DNA of 64,000 nt from an uncultured Solirubrobacteraceae bacterium (GTDB lineage: Bacteria > Actinomycetota > Thermoleophilia > Solirubrobacterales > Solirubrobacteraceae): contig CAZOQI010000045.1 in NCBI GenBank assembly GCA_964582105.1, positions 15,655-79,654 on the forward strand, read 5' to 3'. The notes beneath the pieces are model-generated. The model was not told the DNA's origin and did not search any database. It worked only from the letters and a program-made list of their open reading frames with translations. The first letter of the stretch is position 1, and each line of letters starts with the position of its first letter. This document shows, piece after piece, positions 1 to 10,470 of this stretch. Made by a program: the position numbers and the translations under genes.

Positions 1-139
1 CGGGCGCCCGCAGCGCGAGCAGCCCCACGCAGCGGTACATGGCGCCGCTGTCGAGGTATTGCAAGCCCAACCGCTGCGCCACGGCGCGGGCGACGGTGGA
101 CTTGCCCGCTCCGGAGGGGCCGTCGATGGCGATCAGCAA
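1..139 (-). CDS. cmk: cytidylate kinase, N-terminal part (runs off window)
   Basis: Manual translation [36 protein letters not shown]; follows aroA. Confidence 0.9.
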   Translation of the reverse strand, partial: MLIAIDGPSGAGKSTVARAVAQRLGLQYLDSGAMYRCVGLLALRAP

Positions 140-1425
140 AGCCGCTCCAGATCCGCGACGAACCCCGGGTAGGAGACCGCGGCGGCCTCGATGCCCCTGA
201 CCTCGACCCCCTCGCGCGAGGCGAGACCGGCGATGGCTCCGAGCATCGCCAGGCGGTGGTCGCCGCGGGCGTCGATGACGCCGCCGCGCAGGCCGCCCGA
301 GCCGCTGACGGCGAAGCCGTCCTCCGTCGCCTCGATGCTGGCGCCGAGGCCGCGCAGGCCCTCGACGACGTCGGCGATGCGATCGGACTCCTTCAGGCGC
401 AGCTCTCCGGCGCCGCGCACGATCGTGTCTCCCTCGGCGAAGCAGCCGAGCAGCGCGAGCAGGGGCAGCTCGTCGATCGCCGGCGGCACCTCCTCGGGTT
501 CGACCACGGCGCCCTCCAGCTGGCCGTGGGCGACATCGAGGTCGCTGATGGGCTCGGAGGGGATGAGCTCGCCGGTGTCGTCCTCGAGCTCGCCGAGCAC
601 GATGCCCTGCATGCGCTGGAGGATGCGCAGGAAGCCGCTGCGCGTCCAGTTGACGCCGACGTCGCGGAGCAGCAGGCGCGAGCCGGGCACGAGCACCCCA
701 GCCGCGATCAGGAACGCGGCGGAGCTGGGGTCGCCGGGGACGAGGACGTGCTCGAGCACCAGCTCGTCGGCGTTGACGACGGTGATGTGGCGGCCGTTGC
801 GGTGGATGGTGACGCCCGCGCGCATGAGCATGCGCTCGGTGTGGTCGCGGCTGCGCGCGGGCTCGCCCACGGTGGTGGCGCCGTCGGCGGCGAGGGCGGC
901 GAGCAGCACGCAGGATTTGACCTGGGCGCTGGCGACGGGCAGCTCGTAGGAGATCGAGTGCAGGCGAGCGCCCTGCACGATGAGCGGGGGGAAGCGCTCG
1001 TCGGTGGCCGTGACCGTGGCGCCCATCAGCCGCAGCGGCTCGGCCACCCTGTCCACCGGACGGCGGCGAATCGAGGCGTCGCCGTCGAGTGTGAACGTGC
1101 GCCCCTCCTGCGCCGCCAGCCAGCCGGGGAGCAGACGCATGAGCGTGCCGGCGTTGCCGACGTCGATCGGCTGCTCGGGTGCTCGCGCCTCGCGCAGGCC
1201 GGCGCCGCGCACGGTCACCCCGCCGGGGCGCACCTCGACAAGGGCGCCCAGCGCGCTGATGGCGTTCAGCGTGGCGGTGGTGTCCGCGGCGTGCAGGTAA
1301 TTGTCGATACGCACCGGGTAGGAGGCCATCGCGCCGAGCAGGGCGGCGCGGTGGGAGATCGACTTGTCCGGGGGCGCGGTCAGCTCGCCGGTGAGCCCGG
1401 CGGAGGGCTCGAAGCGCAGGTTCAT
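133..1425 (-). CDS. aroA: EPSP synthase
   Basis: [32 protein letters not shown] motifs. Confidence 0.97.
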   Translation of the reverse strand: MNLRFEPSAGLTGELTAPPDKSISHRAALLGAMASYPVRIDNYLHAADTTATLNAISALGALVEVRPGGVTVRGAGLREARAPEQPIDVGNAGTLMRLLPGWLAAQEGRTFTLDGDASIRRRPVDRVAEPLRLMGATVTATDERFPPLIVQGARLHSISYELPVASAQVKSCVLLAALAADGATTVGEPARSRDHTERMLMRAGVTIHRNGRHITVVNADELVLEHVLVPGDPSSAAFLIAAGVLVPGSRLLLRDVGVNWTRSGFLRILQRMQGIVLGELEDDTGELIPSEPISDLDVAHGQLEGAVVEPEEVPPAIDELPLLALLGCFAEGDTIVRGAGELRLKESDRIADVVEGLRGLGASIEATEDGFAVSGSGGLRGGVIDARGDHRLAMLGAIAGLASREGVEVRGIEAAAVSYPGFVADLERLC

Positions 1426-1437
1426 GGCGTGGCCACT

Positions 1438-2331
1438 CTATGCATCCACCGAGGGATCGGCGTCCTGCGTAGCAGAGCGGCCGGGGGGTGAGGCGGAGTC
1501 CTCGCCGAGCAGCGCCTGGCGGGCGGCTCGCGCGCGCTCGTTCCAGATGGCGAGCGCGTCTGCGTCCCCGTGGGCAAGCGCCTCGCGCACGTCCCGCAGG
1601 CGCCCGATGGCCCCGTCGATGGCCTCGATCAGAGCGGGGCCGTTGGCGAGGTAGATGTCGGTCCAGATGGCTGTGTTCGCGCCGGCTACCCTGGTGGCGT
1701 CCCGCAGGCTGGGAGGAGCCATCGGCTGCGAGCGCTCAAGCTCGAACGCAGCGAGGGCCTGCGCGACGAGCACGTTGGCGAGCACGTGCGGAAGGTGCGA
1801 GACGCACGCCATCAGGCGATCGTGGGCGTCGGGATCGACCAGGCGCGGACAGGCGCCGAGGCGCTCGATGAGATCGCGCAGGCGCTCATACAGGACGGGG
1901 TTGGTGGCGGAGGTGCGCGTGAGGCACCAGATCGCGCCGTCGAAGAGGTCCTCGCGGGCGCCTGCGACACCCGCCAGCTCAGAGCCCGCCAGCGGGTGGC
2001 CGCCGACGAAGCGGGGATCCTGGCGCGCGCGCTCCAGCGCCAGTTTGGTCGAGCCGACATCGCTGATGACGCAGTCGAGATCGGCGTAGGCGAGCGCCTC
2101 GGAGACGGTCTGCGCGAGCGCACCCACGGGCGCGGCGGCGAACACCACCTGCGCGCCGGTGACCGCCGTGGCGATGTCGGGCGCCCGCTCGTCGATGGCT
2201 CCTCGCTCAAGCGCCGCCTCGAGCGCCGCCAGGTCGGAGTCGTAGCCGCACACGTGAGCATTCGCGCGCGCCCGCGCGGCCAAGCCGATGGACCCGCCGA
2301 TCAGCCCGACCCCGAGGATGGCCACCCTCAC
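1438..2331 (-). CDS. tyrA: prephenate/arogenate dehydrogenase (no C-terminal ACT domain evident)
   Basis: GxGxx[24 protein letters not shown]. Confidence 0.93.
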   Translation of the reverse strand: MRVAILGVGLIGGSIGLAARARANAHVCGYDSDLAALEAALERGAIDERAPDIATAVTGAQVVFAAAPVGALAQTVSEALAYADLDCVISDVGSTKLALERARQDPRFVGGHPLAGSELAGVAGAREDLFDGAIWCLTRTSATNPVLYERLRDLIERLGACPRLVDPDAHDRLMACVSHLPHVLANVLVAQALAAFELERSQPMAPPSLRDATRVAGANTAIWTDIYLANGPALIEAIDGAIGRLRDVREALAHGDADALAIWNERARAARQALLGEDSASPPGRSATQDADPSVDA

Positions 2332-2383
2332 GCGAAGCGCACCATCGCGCAGCGTTGAGCGCCCCGCTCAAAGGACGGCGCCA

Positions 2384-3421
<1,038 letters not shown>

Positions 3422-3605
3422 CCGCTGGTTCCTTTCAAAAACGCATGGAGAGCTTAGTCAGGTGTTGTGCTTATGCCGTGAGCGCCACGCCGGCGGGGCG
3501 GGTGGCGGTGGGCGCAGACGGCCCGTGTGAGCGGCGCTCGTCCCCTTGCTGAGGACCCGGTGCGGCCACGGCTCCCGCTCACGGACGGGACGCAGGCCGA
3601 AGCGC

Positions 3606-3719
3606 CTAGCTAAATCGCCAGGCGTAGGCAGAGGACCATGACCAGGTCCCGGCACACGCGCGGGCGCGGGCGGGCGATGCGGCGGATGCGGGTGCGGATG
3701 CGATACGCGATGGGGTCAT
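3606..3719 (-). CDS. putative 37-aa aromatic-residue leader peptide (attenuator) of aroF-tyrA-aroA
   Basis: Manual translation MTPSRIASAPASAASPARARACAGTWSWSSAYAWRFS*; 3 Trp, 1 Tyr, 1 Phe in the last 12 codons; TAGGCT just upstream of ATG. Confidence 0.6.
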   Translation of the reverse strand: MTPSRIASAPASAASPARARACAGTWSWSSAYAWRFS

Positions 3720-3769
3720 GGCCAGCCTATGAGGTTTGTAGCACAACAGAGCCGCGGGGTCGAGGGGTG

Positions 3770-4861
3770 TCACGACGCGTTCACGAGCACTTCCTCCAGC
3801 GCATCCAGAAAACGAGCGTTCTCCGCGCCCGTGCCATAGGTGACGCGCAGCGCCCCCTCCGAGCCCAGCGCGGAGCCCCCGCGCACGAGCACTCCTCGCT
3901 CGAGCAGTCCCCGCATGACCTCCTCCTCATCCTGGTCTTCCCCCAGGCGCAGCCAGCAGAAGTTGGCCTGCGAGTCCGCGACCCGAAGCCCCATTGCCAG
4001 CAGGCGCTCGTGCACCGAGATGCGCTCGGCGATCGTGCGCGTGACCCGCTCGGTGACGGCGTCCTGGTGGGCCAGCGCCTCGGTGGCGGCGGCCTGGGCG
4101 ATGGCGTTGCAGAAGAACGGCTGGCGCACCTGATCAAGCGCGCGCGGCATCTCCGCCGAGCCGCACAGCGCGAAGCCTACGCGCAGCCCGCACAGCCCGT
4201 AGACCTTGGAGAAAGTGCGCAGCAGCACGAGGTTGGGGTGACTGTGCAGCAGATCCACCGAGGCGTCGGGGTCCTCCAGCAGGTTGAACTCGCAGTAGGC
4301 CTCGTCCACGATCGTGCACACGTGCGGCGGCACCTCCTCAAGGAACGCGGCGATGTCCGCCAGCGCCACGGCGGTGCTCGTGGGGTTGTTGGGGTTGCAC
4401 ACCACCACCAGCCGCGTGGCCACCGTGATCGCCGCCAGCATCGCGGGCAGGTCGTGGCGCTCCTGCTCATCCAGCGCCACCGTCACCGCCGTGGCGCCGC
4501 TCGCCGCGCTCAGGTGCGGATACACCGAGAACGAGGGCCACGCATGCACCAGCTCCGCCCCCGGCTCCAGCAGCGCCTCCCCCGCCGCCATCAGGATGTC
4601 GCAGGACCCGTTCCCGATCGCGATCCGCTCCGCCGGCACGCCATAGCGATCGGACAGCCGCGCGCGCAGCAGCGAGTTGGACGGGTCCGGGTAGCGATTC
4701 AGACTCCCCACCGCACGCCCGATCGCCTCCTGCACGGCCGGCAGCGGCGGGTAGGGCGTCTCGTTGCTGGCCAGCTTGATCGGCGGCGCCGCGTCCGCGT
4801 ACCCGCCCGCCGCCGGGTACGCCGGTATCCGCCTGATCCGCTCCGAGAACTCGATGGGCAC
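3770..4861 (-). CDS. hisC: histidinol-phosphate/aromatic aminotransferase
   Basis: KLASNE, NRYPD, CNPNNPT, DEAY, RTFSKVYGL; GTG start 6 nt after CACAAT. Confidence 0.93.
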   Translation of the reverse strand: MPIEFSERIRRIPAYPAAGGYADAAPPIKLASNETPYPPLPAVQEAIGRAVGSLNRYPDPSNSLLRARLSDRYGVPAERIAIGNGSCDILMAAGEALLEPGAELVHAWPSFSVYPHLSAASGATAVTVALDEQERHDLPAMLAAITVATRLVVVCNPNNPTSTAVALADIAAFLEEVPPHVCTIVDEAYCEFNLLEDPDASVDLLHSHPNLVLLRTFSKVYGLCGLRVGFALCGSAEMPRALDQVRQPFFCNAIAQAAATEALAHQDAVTERVTRTIAERISVHERLLAMGLRVADSQANFCWLRLGEDQDEEEVMRGLLERGVLVRGGSALGSEGALRVTYGTGAENARFLDALEEVLVNAS

Positions 4862-4911
4862 GCGGGTATTGTGGCGGACGGAGGCCCGCGCCGGAAGCAG
4901 GGGACTGCGTG

Positions 4912-6888
4912 TCAGTGGTGACGGCGCGCTGTACGGCGCGGGACCGTCAGCGTGAGCGTGCGCGTCAGTTGGGTGGTGAGGCCCTGCTGGTCGCTCACGA
5001 TGAGCACCAGCTGCACCACGAGGCGATGGCTGCGACGCAGCAGCGCCCGGCCCGTCGCATTGAGCCTGACCGCGATCGGGGCAGCGGCGCCCGCGGTCGC
5101 CGCGATGTGCGCCGAGCCGACCAGCACCCGCCTGCCGGCGCGGTGGTGGTGCTTGGTAGTGCGCACCGTCGTGTAGAGACTGACCGAGAGGGAGCACGCG
5201 GGCGGGCAGGAGGCGTGGCCGAGCGCGATCGCGCTGGTGCCCGCCAGCGATGCGTCGCTGGCAGGGAGGCCGAGCATGGTGGCCAGTTCGGTCCCGCTCG
5301 GGTGAGCTGGGGCCGAGGAGGTGGTCGAGGTGGTGGCGGTCGAGGTGACGCTGGCAACCGTGGCCGTCGCGGTCGTCGTCGTGGTTGTCGATTCCGAGGT
5401 GGTGCTGCTGGTGGTCGTGCTGCTGCTGCTCGGCATCGAGCTCGTCGTGGTGGTCGTCACTTCTTCAGGCGGCGCCACGTGGACCTGCTGGGAGATGGTG
5501 TTCGTATTGCCGTTGGCGTCTTCGACGGTGAGCGTGACGGTGTAATCGCCGGAAGCCGCGTAGGTGTGCGCCGGGGTGGCGCCTTCGCCCGAGGTGCCGT
5601 CACCGAAGCTCCAGCTCCAGCGGGTCACCGGATCTTCGGCGATCCCCGAGGCCGAGCCGTCGAAGTGCGCCTGCTGGGCAGCGACCGCGCCGGCGGGTGG
5701 TGTGAAGACGGCCGGCAACTGCAGCTGGACGCAGCCGCCCGGGGTCCTGGCTCCCGCGGGCAGGCCGCCGGCGTCGCTCCACTCCCGCTGCAGGAGGTAG
5801 TCGTGACCTTCGATCACCTGGTTGAAGGCGCCCGGGGTGCCGTATGCAGTGCTTCCCGCCAGCAGGGGGCCGTACGTTTCGGAGAATGTCGGCAGAACGC
5901 AGAGGTCGCCGATCTCCTCGCCGAAGTCCGGGTTCGTTGTTTCGTCAGCGTGATCCCACCACCCTTCCCCGGTGGGGTCTGTGATCGCCTCGATGTGCTC
6001 GTGGCTCGACGTGTCGATCGCCGGACCGGCGTCGCTGCCTTCGGGTTCGGCGCCATCGTCGCAGGTTTCGGTCTTCTCATAAGGCATGTTGGCGAAGATG
6101 ACCTCCTTGGAGCCGGCGGTGATCGTGAAGTTGCTGTGGTAGGCGCAGTAATAGCTGTAGGAGCATTCGCCGTTTTCGCTGGAGCTTTCACCCGCTGCGA
6201 AGCAACTGCCCACCCCCTTGGGCGTGTAGAGAAAGAAGATGCTTTCGGGACCGGTTGTCCAGTGCCGCGATTCGATGACGCTCGCAATCTCTTCGGCGAG
6301 CTGTTCCTCGGTGAGGCACACTTCCAGTGGTTCCGATCCTCCCGCTTCCTTGTCCACGCAGGCACTGGCGGGAAAGGGATGTTCGTCCACGGTGCTTTCA
6401 CCAAAGCTGCTGGAGTATTCGATGTGGTCTTCGGCGCCTGAGTAGTACTGAGCGGCGACCGAGTAGACGTTGCTGGACCTGTGGCTGTCGTGGGCGACGT
6501 GTGCGAAGTAGGCGTTGACCGTACCCTGGTAGCTGGGGCTGGTGTTGAACGGGCTCACTTCTTTCGGCAGCGGGTTGGGCTGCCAGAAGATCGTGTAGAC
6601 GCGATTGGTGTGCATCACCGGCCCGCCCCGATATTCGAGTGTCGGAACGGGTACTTCCGCGCTGGCAGGGCCGGCGCTTCGCGCGTGGCGCCGACGCACA
6701 GCCGGACTGGGAGGCACCCCCAACACCCTGGCGGCAGGCGAGCGGGCGGGCACGATCCCGCGGGGAGCGCTCAATGTCAGAGCGCTCGCGGAGCCGCCGC
6801 TGAGCGCGATCGTGGCCGCCGCTCCGACGATCGCCCAGATAACCCGACTACTGGGCAGATTCCAGATCTGTCCGCAGCGCCGCGGCAT
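4912..6888 (-). CDS. secreted protein: Phi-1/EXORDIUM-like domain, PKD domain, Ser/Thr linker
   Basis: Signal-like hydrophobic stretch; YRGGPVM, YCAYHS, SHEHIEAITDP, EIGDLC; PKD signature WSFGDG..HTYAASGDYTVTLTV; start uncertain. Confidence 0.7.
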   Translation of the reverse strand: MPRRCGQIWNLPSSRVIWAIVGAAATIALSGGSASALTLSAPRGIVPARSPAARVLGVPPSPAVRRRHARSAGPASAEVPVPTLEYRGGPVMHTNRVYTIFWQPNPLPKEVSPFNTSPSYQGTVNAYFAHVAHDSHRSSNVYSVAAQYYSGAEDHIEYSSSFGESTVDEHPFPASACVDKEAGGSEPLEVCLTEEQLAEEIASVIESRHWTTGPESIFFLYTPKGVGSCFAAGESSSENGECSYSYYCAYHSNFTITAGSKEVIFANMPYEKTETCDDGAEPEGSDAGPAIDTSSHEHIEAITDPTGEGWWDHADETTNPDFGEEIGDLCVLPTFSETYGPLLAGSTAYGTPGAFNQVIEGHDYLLQREWSDAGGLPAGARTPGGCVQLQLPAVFTPPAGAVAAQQAHFDGSASGIAEDPVTRWSWSFGDGTSGEGATPAHTYAASGDYTVTLTVEDANGNTNTISQQVHVAPPEEVTTTTTSSMPSSSSTTTSSTTSESTTTTTTATATVASVTSTATTSTTSSAPAHPSGTELATMLGLPASDASLAGTSAIALGHASCPPACSLSVSLYTTVRTTKHHHRAGRRVLVGSAHIAATAGAAAPIAVRLNATGRALLRRSHRLVVQLVLIVSDQQGLTTQLTRTLTLTVPRRTARRHH

Positions 6889-7213
6889 CTCCCAGATATA
6901 CGTGCCTCGCCTCGTGATTCTCATCCGCGTAATAGTGAATCAGAACTCGAATGACTCGTGGGAGCGCGCGGGGCACGGGGATCTCCCGAGCGCAGAGCAG
7001 CGGCACCCGCCCGAACCCCAGCGCGCGGGCCGCGACGGCGGGGAACTCGGCGTTGAGGTCGTTGGTGGCCGTGAAGATGCAGCTGACGACGCTCTCGGGC
7101 GAGAGCGCGTTGCGGTCCATGATCGCCTGCATCAACTCGGTGGTGGCGTCGAGGATGTCCTGGGAGTCGTTGTGGGTGACGCTGATGGCACCGCGCAGGG
7201 CGAAGAGGCGCAT
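6848..7213 (-). CDS. aroH: AroH-class chorismate mutase
   Basis: ALRGAI, FPAVAAR, HVYLGDAAALRTDL. Confidence 0.93.
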   Translation of the reverse strand: MRLFALRGAISVTHNDSQDILDATTELMQAIMDRNALSPESVVSCIFTATNDLNAEFPAVAARALGFGRVPLLCAREIPVPRALPRVIRVLIHYYADENHEARHVYLGDAAALRTDLESAQ

Positions 7214-7226
7214 GGGGGCGATTGTG

Positions 7227-7994
7227 TCAGAGCGGGTCCCCGGACCCGCCATCGCCCGCGCCGGAGCGCAGATCCGGCGACTCGCGGGCCTCGCTGCCGC
7301 TGGCGCTGCCCCGCAGCCTGGCGACCTCGGCCGCGGACAGCCGCCGGTGCGCCCCCGCCTTCAGATCTCCGAGCGCCACCGGCCCCAGGCGCACCCGTTC
7401 CAGCGCGAGCACCGGGTGCCCGACGGCCTCGCACATGCGCCGCACCTGGCGGTTGCGGCCTTCGCGGATCGTGAGCTCGAGCAGGTCGGCGCGCAGGCGG
7501 CGCACCTGCGCGGGGGCGGTGGGGCCGTCCTTTAGCCGGACGCCATCGCGCAGCGCCCGCAGCGCGCGGGGCTGCACCGGCCCGCCGCCCACCCGCGCGC
7601 GGTAGGTCTTGGGCACCCCGTAGCGCGGGTGCGTCAGGCGGTTGGCCAGCTCGCCGTCGTTGGTGAGCAGGATCAGCCCGCTGGAGCCGGCGTCCAGCCG
7701 CCCGACGGGATAGAGCCGGCGCTCCTCCTCCACCAGATCCACCACGGTCGGGCGCCCATGCGTGTCCCGCGCGGTCGAGAGCACGCCAACGGGCTTATGC
7801 AGCGCGTATACCACGCGCGCCTCGGGGCCGCCGAGCACCCGCCCGTGCACCTCGACGCGATTCCCCTCCCCCACATCCCGCGCCGGATCGCGCACCTGCA
7901 CCCCATCGACCCGCACGCGCCCGGCGGCGATCATCCCTTCCGCCGAGCGGCGCGAGGCGACGCCGGCGTGGGCGAGGTACTTGGCCAGGCGCAT
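7227..7994 (-). CDS. rluB: RsuA/RluB-family rRNA pseudouridine synthase
   Basis: S4 domain MRLAKYLAHAGVASRR, YPVGRLD, EGRNRQVRRM; near scpAB. Confidence 0.88.
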   Translation of the reverse strand: MRLAKYLAHAGVASRRSAEGMIAAGRVRVDGVQVRDPARDVGEGNRVEVHGRVLGGPEARVVYALHKPVGVLSTARDTHGRPTVVDLVEEERRLYPVGRLDAGSSGLILLTNDGELANRLTHPRYGVPKTYRARVGGGPVQPRALRALRDGVRLKDGPTAPAQVRRLRADLLELTIREGRNRQVRRMCEAVGHPVLALERVRLGPVALGDLKAGAHRRLSAAEVARLRGSASGSEARESPDLRSGAGDGGSGDPL

Positions 7995-8016
7995 GGGCTG
8001 CAACGATAGGGAGACG

Positions 8017-9087
8017 ATGGACCTCCAGCTTCTCGAGAACACCCTCGCCGCCAAGGCCGAGCCCTCCTTCCGCGCGCGGCAGGTATGGGAGTGGGTGGCG
8101 CGAGGCGTGGGCGGGTACGCGGAGATGACGAACGTGCCGGCGGGGCTGCGGGAGCAGCTGGAGCGGGAGGTGCCGCTGTCGTGCCTTCAGGTGCGGGCCG
8201 AGGCGAGGGCGCGCGATGGGACCGTGAAGGCGCTGTTCGAGACCGCCGATCACCGGCCGCTGGAGGCGGTGCTGATGCGCTACCGCAGCGGGAGGCAGTC
8301 GATCTGCGTGTCCTCGCAGTCGGGGTGCCCGCTGACATGCGGGTTCTGCGCGACCGGGGCGATGCGGTTCGGACGGAACCTGACGGTGTCGGAGATCCTG
8401 GATCAGGCGCTGCACTTCCGCAGGATGGAGCCGGTGGACCACTGCGTGTTCATGGGCATGGGCGAGCCGCTGCTGAACCTCGAGAACGTGCTGGCGGCGT
8501 GCGAGCGGCTGCCGGACATCGGCATCGGCCAGCGGCACACGACGATCTCCACCGTGGGCTGGATCCCGGGGATCGAGCGCCTCGCGGAGAGCCCGATGCC
8601 GGTGCGCCTGGCGCTGTCGCTGCACGCGCCCGAAGACGCGCTGCGCTCGGAGCTGATGCCGGTGAACGAGCGCTATCCGCTGGCCGACGTGGTCGCGGCG
8701 GGGCGGGCGTTCTACGCGCGCAAGCGCAGGAGGGTGTTCGTGGAGTACGTGATGCTGGCGGGCGTGAACGACCGCTATGAGCAGGCGCTGGCGCTCGCGC
8801 AGCTGCTGGCCCCCGCCGGCCCCAACGACCCGAAGGCGTTCAAGGTGAACCTGATCCCCTACAACCCGACGGACTCGCCGTACAGGGGATCGAGCCGCGA
8901 GTCGATCGCCGCATTTCGGGCGGCGCTCCAGAGACACGGCGTGGACGCGACGGTGCGCCTCACGCGCGGGCGCGACATCGACGCGGCCTGCGGGCAGCTG
9001 GCGGCGCGGGCCGGGGCAGCCGATTCAGACGCGGATCAGGCCAGCGGTGCGATCCAATGCTCGGCCCCGTTGATACCGCCGGGGTGA
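8017..9087 (+). CDS. rlmN: radical SAM 23S rRNA m2A2503 methyltransferase
   Basis: CVSSQSGCPLTCGFCATG, FMGMGEP, SLHA, IDAACGQL. Confidence 0.95.
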   Translation: MDLQLLENTLAAKAEPSFRARQVWEWVARGVGGYAEMTNVPAGLREQLEREVPLSCLQVRAEARARDGTVKALFETADHRPLEAVLMRYRSGRQSICVSSQSGCPLTCGFCATGAMRFGRNLTVSEILDQALHFRRMEPVDHCVFMGMGEPLLNLENVLAACERLPDIGIGQRHTTISTVGWIPGIERLAESPMPVRLALSLHAPEDALRSELMPVNERYPLADVVAAGRAFYARKRRRVFVEYVMLAGVNDRYEQALALAQLLAPAGPNDPKAFKVNLIPYNPTDSPYRGSSRESIAAFRAALQRHGVDATVRLTRGRDIDAACGQLAARAGAADSDADQASGAIQCSAPLIPPG

Positions 9088-9398
9088 GAGCGCATCACGG
9101 CTTCGATGGCATCCGCGAGGCTCCCTGTGGCCTCGCGCCGGCGGCTGCGACTGGCGGGGAGCAGAATCAGGCCGGCATGGCCGCGGCCATCGGCAAGACG
9201 TTCGGCGGCGAGCGGGCGAAAGTCCTTGATGTTGTTGGTGACCACCGCCCGCTCTTCGCGCAGCGCCGCCTCCATGACCTCCCGATCGGAGGACTGCAAC
9301 AGGTCGGATCGCTCCACGACCGCCTGCACGTCAAGGCCCCGCTCACGCAGCAGGCGCGCCACCTGCCCGGAGAGCTGCTCGTCGAGCAGCGCCTTCAC
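9036..9398 (-). CDS. DUF5615/PIN-like toxin
   Basis: MKALLDEQL, SDREV..A..EERAVVTNNIKDF, HAGLIL. Confidence 0.75.
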   Translation of the reverse strand: MKALLDEQLSGQVARLLRERGLDVQAVVERSDLLQSSDREVMEAALREERAVVTNNIKDFRPLAAERLADGRGHAGLILLPASRSRRREATGSLADAIEAVMRSHPGGINGAEHWIAPLA

Positions 9399-9808
9399 AG
9401 GCTGAGCGCCCTCTTACCCGCCTCCCAGGCGGTGTAGCCCCGCTCCCACTCCTCGGCGTTGAGAGCAATCTCCGCGTCGACCTCTTCGCGGTACTCGCCG
9501 TAGTAGGCCGCCGCGGCCTGCACCAGCCCGGTGGGGATCTCGAGCAGGGCAGCCGTCTGCTCCAGGTCGTTGTCGTTCTCCTGGACCGCCGCGACGACCT
9601 CCCAGACATCCAGCCCGCTGCCCACCAGCGCGGCGCGTCGACCGCTCGGGCCGTCGGCGAAGCGAATCAGCGGGTGAGCCTCGTGACGCAGGCCCTCGTC
9701 CACGTAGCGCTGTGCCAGCGTCCTGGGGGCAACGTGCGCTCTCTGCGCCTGCGCCCGCAACCGCTCGCTCACGCCCGTCTGAAATCGGAGTGTGTAGTGC
9801 TCGCTCAT
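9395..9808 (-). CDS. DUF433-like antitoxin
   Basis: RRAALVGSGLDVWEVV, LVQAAAAYY..Y.EEVD; 4-nt overlap with toxin. Confidence 0.72.
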   Translation of the reverse strand: MSEHYTLRFQTGVSERLRAQAQRAHVAPRTLAQRYVDEGLRHEAHPLIRFADGPSGRRAALVGSGLDVWEVVAAVQENDNDLEQTAALLEIPTGLVQAAAAYYGEYREEVDAEIALNAEEWERGYTAWEAGKRALSL

Positions 9809-9867
9809 GCCACCTCCAGTGTATCACTGCGCACCACGATGTGACACGCCTCCACCTGCCACCTCCG

Positions 9868-10470
9868 CTACTCCTCCACCCCTCCCGGCCCGCCCCCTGC
9901 CCTGGCCTCGCCGGCGCGCAGCAGGCGGTCGCGCAGCTCGGCGGCCTCCTCGGGGGTGGGGTCCCACTGCGCGACGTCAGGGAGCTCCTGCAGGGAGCGC
10001 AGGCCGAAGAGCTTGAGGAAGAGCGTGGTGGTGCGGTAGAGGACGGCCCCGAACTGCGAGCGGCCGGCCTCCTCGACGAGGCCGCGCTCGAGCAGGGTGG
10101 TGGACGCCGAGTCCGCGCTGACGCCGCGGATGCGGGTTATCTCCGGGCGCGAGACCGGCTGCAGGTAGGCGACGATCGCCAGCGTCTCGGCCTGGGCGGG
10201 GGTGAGCGCGAAGGCGCGCGGGCGGTTGAAGAGGCGCCGAGCGGCGTCCTCGCTGGCGGGGTCGGTGGCGAGCGTGTAGCCGCCGGCCAGCTCGCGCAGG
10301 CGCAGGCCGCGCCGGCCGGGCGCGTATTCCTCTGTCAGCTGTGCGAGAGCCGCGGTGACCTCCGCATCTGTGGCCAGCGTGGCGTCGGCCAGCTCCCCCG
10401 GGCTGAGGGGGTCGCTGGAGAGGAACAGCAGAGCCTCGATGGTGAGCGCGAGCGGGGGGGCGTCGCTCAC
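9868..10470 (-). CDS. scpB: SMC-Scp complex subunit ScpB
   Basis: IEALLF, ETLAIVAYLQPVSR.EI..IRGV, LYRTT..FL..FGL. Confidence 0.93.
   Translation of the reverse strand: MSDAPPLALTIEALLFLSSDPLSPGELADATLATDAEVTAALAQLTEEYAPGRRGLRLRELAGGYTLATDPASEDAARRLFNRPRAFALTPAQAETLAIVAYLQPVSRPEITRIRGVSADSASTTLLERGLVEEAGRSQFGAVLYRTTTLFLKLFGLRSLQELPDVAQWDPTPEEAAELRDRLLRAGEARAGGGPGGVEE

Noticed and set aside
3458..3655. 65-aa ORF from the track as the aro leader peptide
   Set aside because: Pro/Arg-rich with no clustered regulatory codons; the 3606-3719 frame fits better.
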